64,000 nucleotides of DNA from Lingula anatina (Eukaryota; Animalia; Brachiopoda): assembly GCA_051362555.1 (NCBI GenBank), contig CM120642.1:24738001-24802000 (forward strand), in the 5' to 3' direction. The notes below the pieces were generated by a model, which saw nothing but the letters and a program-made list of their open reading frames with translations, was not told the origin of the DNA and did not search any database. Shown here piece after piece: positions 11,974 through 23,759 of the stretch. The position numbers and the translations under genes were made by a program. Numbering within the stretch: the stretch's first letter is position 1; the number at the start of each line of letters is the position of its first letter.

Positions 11974-13071
11974 GGACAAAGAGAGAGTGTATACTTTGCT
12001 ATCTTTTTCATTACAGTCCCCGTCACCCAGTGTTACAAGTGCCAGTGGAGGCAGTTCCGGAGTAGTGACCCGGCAATGGAACAGATGCTGAATGCTGGGG
12101 TGGCCAATCAGATTCAGGCATCCTGCAAGAATTCCCAGTATGCCCCTATGATTAGTTGCCGCGGTTCCTGTGGCATCACAAATTCTACAGTTTACATGTC
12201 CTCGGTTAGTGAATCTTTCTAGACTAATTTTAGATTCAATTTTTTATCATGAAGAACGTTGGACATGGTTCCATTTGCAGTGAAAGAATAAAATCAAGGA
12301 GCGATTTAGCGTGCCCTTAGCTTCAGGTTAGAAACGTGCCATATCATATCATTGATAGGCCTATTATCACTTTTAAAATAAAGAAGTTTGCCCTTATCGG
12401 ATCTACAAAACCTCAGAACTAATTGCGCGTTAAGTGAAAAAATTGAAACAATTTTTTTTACTTTTTTGTAAGCCCAGGGCCAACAGCATTAATGCAAGCT
12501 TATGATAAAATTGCATGTGGTTTCATCTCCTTGGTACAATGTTAAACCTTTCCAGAGAAACGGGCGGTTTATGCAGGTAGAAACCATAGAAAGAGATTGT
12601 GTATCCGTGCGAACAACCAGCCAGTGTGTGGATGGAACTCCTGTAGACAAGGATGGAAACCTCTTTCAGCAACTGCAACAGCACACGGGCTTCCAGAACA
12701 TCAAAGTACAGAACCAAGCTTGTACCTGTAGTGGAAATGGCTGCAATGGTGAAGGGACCGAGTCCCTTGTCAGCTCCACCAAGACCAGGGAGGTACCTAT
12801 TAGATATACGCCAGTTAGAGGCTCTGGGAACAGATCACCAGGTGGTCCTGGCCCGCAACCACCAGTGAACCCCGGTATACAGTCAGTGAACAGACCTGCT
12901 GGCAGACCGCCAATGTACGGCCCCGCTGTGAGACCTCCAGTGTATGCCGGCGGACCGCCAGTGTACGGACCTGCTGGCAACGTTAACCCGCCAGTGTATG
13001 CCGGCAGACCGCAGACGCACGGCCCTGCTGGCAGACCGCCAATGAATGCTGGCAATCTGCCAGTGTACTAA
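9405..13071 (+). CDS. Secreted protein (~392 aa) with two tandem Ly6/uPAR (three-finger, quiver/sleepless-like) domains and a Pro/Gly/Tyr-rich repeat tail; exons 9405-9456, 10920-11110, 11546-11777, 12017-12204, 12556-13071
   Basis: Signal peptide MTFFGILCFLFLYLAREA. GT-AG sites have consistent phases 1,0,1,0 and total 1179 nt. Domain 1 runs IRCSSC...C...CPGSC...RRC...GC...YCLCNSDGCN and domain 2 runs TQCYKC...C...CRGSC...RDC...QC...ACTCSGNGCN. AATAAA at 13164-13169. Confidence 0.85.
11787..11970. repeat. (AG)n microsatellite / purine-rich tract in intron 3 of the double-LU gene
   Basis: Interrupted AG dinucleotide runs. Confidence 0.9.
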
Positions 13072-15589
13072 GATACATCACCAATGATGGACCGTGTTGT
13101 TCATCAGGACACGCTTTTTAATTCATACCTTTGAAGATCTATCTTACAGTAGATACTGAATGAAATAAAGCAAAATACTGAAATTAAAAAAAAAAACATT
13201 TGTGTTCACGAATTCTCTGTCCAGATGACGTGACGGGCAAACACACGACGTTCAGAAACTCTCTGAAGAATTAACAATATAGTTGTCAACGTTATCATAC
13301 ACATACTATCCTGGGGGGATTGAGGCGCAGGGTTAAGTGAAAATTTGGATATTGATTTGGAAAATTTGGATTAGAATATATGGTGCTAAAATATTGAAAC
13401 TCGTTGGATAAAAACATAATGAAAGTAAAGAAAGAAAGATTCGCCGCAAGTTTTATGTAAAAAGTGCCTTGAATAGATTTTACACGATTTTTACACTCTT
13501 CCAAGTTATGCAGAATGTCCATTTTAGTGATAAAACACCCACTCACATCAGATTCTGTACACTCTAGTTTCAAGTTTCGTTTTTCATTCGATTCTGCCAC
13601 TTAGAAATTGCAATCGATTATGCAGGGAAGGTGGAAGGGTTGGTGAAGGGGAGGTGCTCCGTTGTCGTATAATAATAAACCAAAATATAAAGCTCGATCT
13701 TAAAATTCATCTTTAACTATGTTAGTCACTGGGGAAACAACATGGCGTCCTCCAGTATTTCTGAGATCGGCATGTACGGAAAAGTTAATTCAACCCTGCC
13801 TCTCAGCTTCAAAACTGAAAGGATGTGGTTGTGTTAGTGTAGTCTACATGTACACTGTGTGTATGCTTTTTCGACCCTTTTCGTTCATCTGCGGACAATC
13901 CCATTCACATAAATAACCTTGTGATGTTTGCTGATGGTCGAGCCAATATATAAAGGCTCTGTCACACCTAGATCTAGCATAAAGAGGCACTGGTGCACAT
14001 GGGTATCCCATGTGCCATCGATTATACGCAACACATTGAACGAATGTAAAGGCATCACCACCGGATTAATTGAACATTCCTACACAGTTTCAGTAACAAC
14101 CCATCACCTAAAATGAGCCATACCTGTTGTAATTTGCATAACAATAAGTGTGAGCTGTCTTCCCGAATGCTCACTTGGCAGTTGGACACGGTCCGGTGTA
14201 GACGCAACAGTATGTGTGGTGCAGTCACAACGTTGGGGTTTAGAAAGCATAGAAGCAAACACATGTTTGTGAGTATCACTTTTTCTTCAATAACTTCCAC
14301 CATTAAATACTTAAGGCTCAGATTGATAAAATATATGTACGACAAATTGTACTAGTATTATTACTTGTATGTTCTTCAAAATGGTAGAATTCATTGGTAA
14401 TAATATTTTGCATTGGGACTCCAAAAGTACGGGATGAACGGCGCTTTCACCTTACATTTGGTGAAAACCTATGTTTGCTTGAAATCTTTAAGCTCTGCAC
14501 CATTTTTTTTATCTGTTTGGACATTTTGTGTGCTACTTACAATCGATTTCAAATATTTTTGACCTTATTTAAAATGGTGTGTACAGTACGTGTTTAAATG
14601 TAAGTGTTGCCACCAAGGTCTATGATAAGTAATTATTACAATTCTGTCAAAATGCGTCAATATGCACTTCAATAAGTGCTATAACTTTAAATATCAAGAG
14701 AATTATATTAACGGTCACAGAAATAATCCCCCTTCAAATAAAACGGGTTGCATTATCAATGTTTTTAGTAAGAGGCCTCACATAGTTGCAGTATATCATG
14801 AACTAAATCCAGTTTATGATTTTGGCGTAAGCCAACCTTGTTTTTTTTTTTTTGCGCTCATTCCTTCCCATATATGGATAAAACATTATTTAGTGACGCT
14901 AGCTGAGTCTGAGCATCAGACTAGTCAATAAATACGCACTCCATTTCAATTATAAGTACCTTCTCCTGTGGGATATTACATGCATATTTGTATGTTGTGT
15001 GAAAGCCTGTCCATTTAGTCTAAAATTGTAAACATAATTTTTTTCTTTTCAGGAGCTCGACGAGGCTCTGCATAGCATGCGCCTGAAAGCAACCTATGAT
15101 GTCTAGCCTTTGTCTCACACACAGGGATCCCACGCTCATTCGTGCATCTGTTACACTGTATTTGAAAGCTGAATAAATATTTGAGTATTTCCGCGTTTTT
15201 TTTCATTCAGTTTTGAAATAATAATGATATAGATATAAATCTTTCTTATTTGAAATTAGTTATATAATTTTGTGTTTGAGGACTTTCAAACTCTATGTAC
15301 TTAATCTGATCTGTAAATAATTTCTTGAACTTGATGTATCTAAAGATATCTTAAATTAAAATAGTTCTAAACATGATAACAATTTGCCCAGTATTAATAT
15401 GTAAATAGTGGGATTTGAGCATTCAAACCATTTAACACGCCAATAAAATATCTAAAATGGTTTCCAACAACCCACATAGTGTAAATTTGTAAAAATTTAC
15501 AATACCGCTTTTCAAAAATTAACAAATCTTTTGTTCTGTTGCATCTGTTTTCCTGGATATAACATTCCTATAATTATGTGAATAAAAAA

Positions 15590-16080
15590 CTGCAGTAAAT
15601 TCAGAATATTTCAGCGCGTCTTGTAACCCGCATACCCTGGGCGACTCGTATCACACATATTGTAAAGCAGTTGCTCTGGCTTCTTGTTAGAGCAGGTATT
15701 TTATTCAAAATTGTTTATCAATTAACATCCCCTTACCTACTAAAATTGGTTAACCATAATGCTTCAAAACGTAGTTCAAGATCACTTGACCAGAAATTGC
15801 TGATGCCATGTAATGCCAGAAAATATACGGCGATCTGGCTCTTCAAGTCTATGGACCAAATGAATGGAACAATATATAAAACTACTGTTATTTTCAAAAG
15901 ACTTTATAATTGATTTGACTCGCTTATTATCTTTAAATTGTACTATATCTTTATGTTTTAACTGCCCATTCATTTATCAACTGTATTCATCTTATTTTGT
16001 TCATTTTACCCCTGTAAAGTTTACTGAATATTTTATATGAATTTTAAACTTTAAATTAACGTTCTTTTCTTCTTCTTATT
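15590..16080 (+). mobile_element. Degraded L2/CR1-group LINE 3' remnant
   Basis: Decayed translation IQNISARLVTR...ITHIVKQLLWLLVRAGILFKI matches the QNSAARLV...ITPVLKELHWLPI..RILFK motif. It ends in TGTAAAG followed by a TTC/TTA-rich tail. Confidence 0.6.
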
Positions 16081-16397
16081 TCTCAACATAGGACAGGTTA
16101 ATTTTTAACGGTTTTGAGTTCGTAATTTTATTTTATATAATGCCCACCCTATTCTTCGTATGAAAACTTCAATTTGAAATTTGAAAAAAAAATGAAAAAG
16201 ATGGAAATATTCCAGTGTTACCTTAAACCACGTTTGCCCAAAATTAATATTTTGAAAGTATGAGTTCCTCTTCTCTAAAGCAAACTGAGATCATACAAAT
16301 AATATTTGACCAATTTTGATTTTAACAAATTCCTAAATGTGCAGTTAATAATGTTAATTTTTATTTGTGATAAAAATAAATTTCACTCTTAAAATAA

Positions 16398-16902
16398 AAT
16401 GGACTCACCTCACATGACACCCCTGCCAAATTTAATGGACTCTACCCACCTGACACCCCTCCACTTGAATGGACTCGCCCCACCTGACACCCCTCCACTT
16501 GAATGGACTCGCCCCACCTGACACCCCCTCAATTGGAATGGACTCGCCCCACCTGACACCCCTCAATTGGAATGGACTCGTCCCACCTGACACCCCCTCT
16601 ATTAGAATGGACTCGTCCCACCTGACACTCCCTCCAAAGTAATAGACTCGCCCCACCTGACACCCCCTCCAAAGGAATGGACTCGCCCCACCTGGCACCC
16701 CTGCCAATTGGAATGGACTCACCCCACCTGGCACCCCCTCAATTGGAATGGACTCGCCCCATCTGACACCCCTCAATTGGAATGGACTCGTCCCACCTGG
16801 CACCCCCCCCTCCAAGGTAATGGACTCGCCCCACCTGACACCCCTGCCAATTGGAATGGACTCGCCCTACCTGACACCCATCCAGATGGATGGACTTGCC
16901 CC
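16398..16902. repeat. Minisatellite, about 14.5 copies of a 34-36 bp unit AATGGACTCGCCCCACCTGACACCCC + 8-10 nt variable linker
   Basis: Direct tandem units read from 16398 (unit 2 at 16434, unit 3 at 16468, unit 4 at 16502). Confidence 0.95.
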
Positions 16903-19559
16903 TCTTGCCCCATTTTACCTGGGCAATTATCCTATCTCGATATGTCCTTAGACACGGATAGAATGAGGTAACCTTGACGTACTATTCAAGGTTAATCACT
17001 TCACTCATCTCAGGCAGTTGCTGCATTTGTTCACTCCAGTTTTAGCTGACTTCGTAAGCAAGTTCAATTGAATGTACTTCTTAAACTGGAGTTTAAACAA
17101 TTCACTAGTTCATCGTAAACACCAAACAACTATTAAGATAGCTTTTAAACGACTTTTTAATCATTTTGATTTATTTTGTTACAGTACTGATATCTATTTA
17201 ATCCATCCCGGAAGGAATAAACACCAGAACATGGTGCTTTATTCTATATAATAGTTTATTAAAGCTTTTCATCACATGTCATTTAGGTACGTGCCGATAG
17301 TCCGAATGTTCTAAAATCCGTATACCTCCAATTGCGTTGTAAGTATATTAAACTTGATGCAAATAAGTTTTGCACAAGGAAAACAGAAGAAAAAGGAAAC
17401 GTTTTTGTTTATTATATCATAATATCACACTTGTTATTTAAGACTGAAGCAATATCTGAATGAATTCGGATACAAATAACTTGTTTGAAACTATAAAACC
17501 ATGAACTTAGCATTTCAACCACGTGCATGTAACGCAAGACTGCGTGGGAAGACTCCCTATGACAAAAAAATATGTTGCTAAGAACAAATTACTTCCACAA
17601 ATATCCACTGGGTCTAGGATAGTATCCGTCTAGAAGATGTAAAACCGTTTGGTAACAAGTGCAACGGTGACAGGGAGACATCTGTCGAATATATTATGCA
17701 TGCTTTTTTTTGCAATGCCGTTTCCCAGTATGTGCTCGGAGTGTCTAAGAAAGCTTTTGCGACAGTGCAGATGATATGTACAGGTTTCTAGTTTGTAAAG
17801 TGTATGATTAGAGGAGACGGAAGGCAGAAGTAAGGTTAGAACAATATTTCTTATCCAACTCATATCATAATCAAATCGGGCGTTTCCTAGGTTTTGATCC
17901 AGTTCTGTTATTGTTTTTAAATATTCTTTTATCGTTTGTTTTATTGAACGGTTGACAGGCCAAATGGGACCCACGGAGAGAAAAAGCGAATTATGTCTCC
18001 TGTGGGAATAATTTTAAAGTAAAAAAGATTGGCGCGTGCAACTGTACTTTTTACATTTATGTCGAGGAAACCAGTGGTGCATGTGTTATACGAAAATAAG
18101 AGATTGCCTCGGATATATGCAGTTGTTCACATTCATAATTGAATTTTCGATAGAAACATGGCACTGAGTTCAACCACTCTGCAGCGTATATAGTCCAGAA
18201 AAGCCATTGATTTTCAGGTCTCGGTTATTGTTTTAGCTGTAAAAGCCTCATTAGCCTTTTACTTAATCACGACAATTTCTCATCTTGCTTGTGCCGTCAT
18301 TTATTATTTACAGGTAGATTTCTGTAGTGCCGGTGCTCATACAGCGTTTCTTGGATATGAACTTGCATCAGAAATTATTGACAAAAATGTACAACTGTGT
18401 GTATAGTATACATCATTTCTTCCTTACCTTTTTAATATAGGAAATACAAAAGCACATTCAAAAATAACAAGGCGTATATTAAAGCGATCTAAATTACTTG
18501 AAACAAATACGAAAACCTTGTCTTTGGGAGCTAATAATTTAGTTTTGTATTTTAAAACTAGTTTTTGGGGCATGCAATTCACGATTCTGACCAGTAGACG
18601 TAATATGATCAAAAGGCTATAGATTCTTAAAGGGCCAATTATTATAAGTATCATTTTTTCATCGTCTCCCGTTACAAACATCATGGTCACCCTGAAGTAT
18701 GAGACAGATTAACGTCAATCATGTAGGCTTCCAAACCTTCTTGCTTACGAGACGTGTTCTACCGTCTTGTAACTAGTGAAAATTTACCTCAAAATTGGTA
18801 AAAAAAAATCACTGATGTAAAACTGTGGAATACATTTTTGACATATTTAACACCGTACTGGTGGCTTTGCCCAGAGGCTTTGACTGAAAGCCTATCTAAT
18901 GTACATGTATTTAGTATTCATGTATTCAAGTCCTTGCTCTCGCATTACGTCCACAATGTTTGGGCTGTTATCTCTCTATGTAGGGCCTACTTGAAGTTGA
19001 AAATGTCACGTGAGTTGAATGACAACAAGACAATAGAGGAGTAGTCAAATGACAATTTAATAACCTCTATGTTTGCCGTTTCAAAAATTACGAAATGAAA
19101 ATCATGTCGGCCTTTAGTTCATAATCCCGGGAGAATTCGTCCAGTTACTGCATCGTCAGATAATTCATTACTCGAATTCTCCGTATTTGATTATCGTTTT
19201 ATTCGTCCAAGTCTGGGCAAAAGTTCGAAAACCAAACTCCTGTACATTATAAATTTTTTCTCATCTTTCTGGTTAACTGGAACGTACATGTATTTCCAAG
19301 GTTGAAGACATTCAAGTTCTAAAAATAAAACATCATGGTAGCCTTTCTAACTGCACTTATACATTTCAATTACCAAAGAGAGAAGAGCAATACACATGTA
19401 CATGTAACTGGCAGAGGCGAGTGTATTTTTATGTCAGCAGTTCAACAGGGCCTGATCTTCCTGATTCAGGTTTTCTACAATGGTACCATACTGTTAGTAT
19501 TGTATGTAGTTAGCATGTGTGTAACGTGTGCTTGACTTCAAATACTGTTAATCGACAAA

Positions 19560-21257
19560 CTACGGCATTGGTTTCTTGCATTTCATTTTACACCTGGCTT
19601 CGGAGGGGGAGCATCCAAACCACTGACAGCGAAGATCCGGGCACTTCGCCAGGCATTGTATTTCCGCCTTATGACAGGCTTTCTGAAAAAGATTTTTAGA
19701 ATGAATGATCTTTTTAGTTTTGAAATATTAAAACTTGTTGATGGGAACAATAGCAACTTGGGGAGGTGTCAAAACAAACATTTTAAGACCTAGGGCGGTT
19801 TTACTATACATGTATAATACTCACAAAGATGGACTTAATGTTGTTTCCGATTTTATTTTTATCATTATTAATTGATTTTTATTTTTATTTTGGCAGAGAA
19901 TAGAAAGTGCTATTTAAAAAATAAGCTGTGCTTTCGGATTCGCCCTAGTAGAATAACTTCATAGGTAGACCCCCTTCCTCCCCGTGTCTGTAAAGATATA
20001 AGTACAGGGCCGTAGCCTGAGCAAAATGCCAGGGGGGGCAGTAAGCGGAAACGAGGGGGCGAAGCCCCCGAGGTGGGAGGGGGTGTCCCCCTCCCACGGT
20101 GTGGAAATTAAAAAAAAAAACTGTATGTATAATACTGCATTCTGGTGCATTTTCACAGAAAATGATACCAACTTTGCAATTTTTTTTTACCTTTGCGATT
20201 ATTTTTTTTGCACCTCAAATCCCAGCAGCTGCCCCCCCCTGCCCCCCCCCCCCCACCCCCCCGGAGGCTACGGCCCTGAAGTAGCTGATCATGACTCCCA
20301 TGGTATTGCGTGAGGATTCGATACCCTCTACTAGAGCCAAGGATTGATTTTTTACTAGATATTCAAATACATGACTATTTTTTTCTACTCTGTGTCCAAC
20401 AATAATTTTGGCAGGGAATTAATTTCACCACTCAGTCGGCCTATAGTACAGAGTAAGAATTCGTAGTGTTGGCTAAAATACATGTAGCTATACTAATATA
20501 TATATTGTGATGTAAGCTCTGTTACGTGGGTTAACGAAGGTCGTTCCGTGCTACCTGTTGGTCGGAAAGTTATCGTTGTGTTTTCAAAATATATAAATTT
20601 TCAACTTTTAAAAGGAATTGATGTGACAAAACCCCGTTATTACAAGTACAGTGTCCCGATCGATACAAGGAATCCTAAATACTCTAAAAAATTTATTGTG
20701 TTGGATGATTTGAGTAAGGCAGATAATGTGTCTATGTGCAAATTCATATTTCTGTATTTTGTATATTCCATAACTGCATGGAAACAATTTGAAAATGATG
20801 GTAAAAAATACATGCCGATATAGTAAACATTACTTTTAGCTGTGAAGGTAATATTTAAACTTAATAAATTATTTAAGTAACAGTTGTTTCTAGCTTTAAA
20901 GATTTTGACGTGCATTTTCTCATTATCTTGAAAATACTAAAGAGTAAATATGTCCATTAGTATTTTAAAGTTGTCTCTTACGAGACACGAAGTTTTTAAA
21001 AAAAAGAAAGATTTTTTCACATTCAATTTCTATCAAATGGGCCTTATTCACTTTTATTTGATATTATTTTTGTTTAAAAAACAAGTAGATAAAGAAAGAA
21101 AAATTGAAAGGCGATCAATACCCTGGGAAAAGCACGCATGTACAGGTACTCGAACACTTACTTGGCATGCAGCTTCGTCGTCCGTTGTGGCACATGTATC
21201 AGGGTGTATCCACAGACAAAGAAGAAGCAGGAACAGGGCTAGGCTAACAGTCTTCAT
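19560..21257 (-). CDS. Small secreted cysteine-rich peptide precursor (72 aa); exons 21257-21162 and 19682-19560
   Basis: Exon 1 MKTVSLALFLLLLCLWIHPDTCATTDDEAACQ|gtaagt is phase 0. Acceptor tctttttcag|19682 gives KACHKAEIQCLAKCPDLRCQWFGCSPSEARCKMKCKKPMP*. Clear signal peptide, in-frame join and 8 Cys in the mature region. Confidence 0.8.
20005..20278. mobile_element. Non-autonomous hAT-like MITE with 5-bp TSD (copy 2, 274 bp, opposite orientation to copy 1), in the intron of the Cys-rich peptide gene
   Basis: TIR CAGGGCCGTAGCC...GGCTACGGCCCTG. TSD AAGTA at 20000-20004 and 20279-20283. Confidence 0.8.
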
Positions 21258-23759
21258 CTTGTCTCGTAGTATTGAACCGGCAGAGGGAGAGACTCGTATA
21301 CTTTAATTGCCTGCTGATTACGTGCACGCAGGCCTTAAGAGTGCCTTGATATGCAGACGTGAAACTAAAAGCAATAAGGGTTTAGCACGTTATGGGATTT
21401 ACAGTCGAAATGTTTTATAGACCTCTCTTCGCGTATAAAAGAGATTAGTTTAGATATATTTGCCTAGGTGTTGCCGAGTGGAGAGAGGTGTGGAGAGAAA
21501 CTGGGAAGAGAATACGTAACACAATTATTATTATCACGATCCCAAACTATAAAGCTTGTGTCTGATGAGCAAAAGCCAAACGCGGGCACGTTTACAGTGT
21601 GCAATACATTAGGACATTGATATCGACCTGATTGAAGGGCTTACGTCACAATTTGTCTAAACAAACATTAGCATCAAACAGCCTTATGCACATAGGCAAG
21701 GTAATTTCCTCGTGCCATTTCCCAATGCCAAGTCTTAAAATATCTCACTGAAACAATAATAATGATTATGCTAATATTGATGATGATAATGATAATATTC
21801 AAAGTGAGGATGGCGAAATGATGAATGTACTGAAAAACAAAACATACAGAGATTAACCATCCGGATAGATCGATATAATATAATAAATATTTTGAGTATC
21901 GATCTATGTAATGGCATTTTACTTCTAGAGCAATTTCTTACAATAAGCTGGAGCTCGCTTAATTTAATTCTATGAGGCATTGACTTAAATTGCTGCCAAT
22001 CTGGTAGTGCTTTCCATTACCATTAAAGCCTTTCTAATGGAAAAGGTTAGGAGTACATTTATAACACCAAAACGACGTTTACTGCTGCAGATGATTTGTA
22101 GGTTTTAAATGCTTTGAAAGAGAATGGGTTTTCGGATTGCAGTAGAGGATGACAAAGAGCACTTATAACAACATTACGTATAGAAAACGGAGAAACAATT
22201 TCATAAGCTGAAATGCATTATAAAGATATTTCAGTGTTGACCCTAAGGGTATGTTTACTGGGAAATAAACACTGGGTTTTGAGTTGATATAATCAACTAT
22301 TCAAAAAATCAACAGTCTATAAAGTTGATTGATGTTTGGAATTGCTTTAGATGAACTGCGTAGCACCACCAAACGCAATTGCATGGATGACCGCATCGAG
22401 TATCTAACGCGGACAGGCAAGTCCAAACGGTGTAGCTGACTCAATTCAATGAAACGTAAATTACGCACATTTTAACCACCGACACCTCGTCATTTTGTCC
22501 TGAGGTGTTATTTAAACTGTGAACAACAAGATGATTTACAGAACTTGGGAATCCGTCTCTCTTTAGGCCCAACAAAACACTGCTACTTTGATACATTTGT
22601 TCAAATTACTCGTATTTGCTGAGTTATATCTATTCTATATCTATGCATTATATCTATATGTGTAATCTCTAATCACTGGGGCACCTGCATTATTCTCATA
22701 AAAATGTGTACATGTACTTTCCCGTTCGTGTTATTACCTTTCATTCACTTGAACACGTTCTGGCACATATAGCCGTTTTACCGGTATTTTGTCACGAACT
22801 CAGGTCATGCATGTTAGAAGTCAATAGTTTCCCACTGGTTTTACAAAAATGACATTTTGCACATGTGATCATAAAAAGCGCCACCGTGCTTGAACATATT
22901 GATTCTCAGTCAGAACAAAAAACACAACGGAGATTACGAAGATCTGAGCTCGATGACGTTCTGAGACAGTGACAGGATGTATAAAGCATGCACTGATGCT
23001 TTTCTACTGCTTACCAGAGCCGCAAATTAATTATGTACACTTTACTCCAACTCGTATAGAAGAGAATTGTGCCATCAGTTAGCAAGAGACAAATATATGA
23101 ATATCAACCGAAAAATCTATCTGTGGTCCTGTTCTGGTAGAGGGTAATTCGCTTTCCATCTTTTGCTTAATTAATATCCTTAGTTGTACCAGGACCCAGT
23201 TTGATACAGAATTGTTTGGAAAGACAATAATTGTGTGATGTTCACTCGCCACTACTACAGAGCAAATATAGAGTCCATAACGTATTCACATTGATATCTG
23301 ATTCACATTGTAATTTGTACATGTATTGCATGTATTTTTTTACATGGCAAATAAATAATAGAAGCTCTTAGCAATAATAAATGAAATACTCAATAAACGT
23401 CGAAAAAATTTAATTGAAACCATTGCAAATTAAAACGTATAAAACTCTTAACCCATGACATTGCGCTCTTGTGTCAAACTGAGTATTTCTACGTTGAAAA
23501 TCATCATAATTTCATTATGGCAGCAAAACTGAGCAAAAGCTACACGCCCATTGAAAGACCCAGTCAGCGTAATTTGGAAACTACTCCATCGCTTTCCAGT
23601 GGCGTTTATTATTATAACACTTAACGGCCCGGTGCGGTAACTGAAACTAGCGAGTACTTTTGCCCGAGTCATTTGGTATGATGGCTTCTTTAACACATGC
23701 AGCCCATACCTTCCCACCAATTACTTCGACTAGACTTCATCAAAATGTGTAGTTAGTCA

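Noticed and set aside
11576-12091. 171-aa ORF with an ER-repeat coiled coil
   Set aside because: It is read-through from exon 3 into an intronic (AG)n microsatellite. The true donor is at 11777.
12666-13055. Antisense Gly/Pro-rich ORF
   Set aside because: It is the shadow of the GC-rich repeat tail of the double-LU gene.
16398-16902. Possible CRISPR array (constant core with variable segments)
   Set aside because: The variable parts are only 8-10 nt and are reused. There are no cas genes and the context is eukaryotic, so it is a minisatellite. The ORFs over it are repeat artefacts.
17600-17800. Frame reading ...CNGDRETSVEYIMHAFFC..., faintly like an L1/Tx1 C-terminal zinc-knuckle region
   Set aside because: Too short and degenerate to support, with no adjoining RT motifs.
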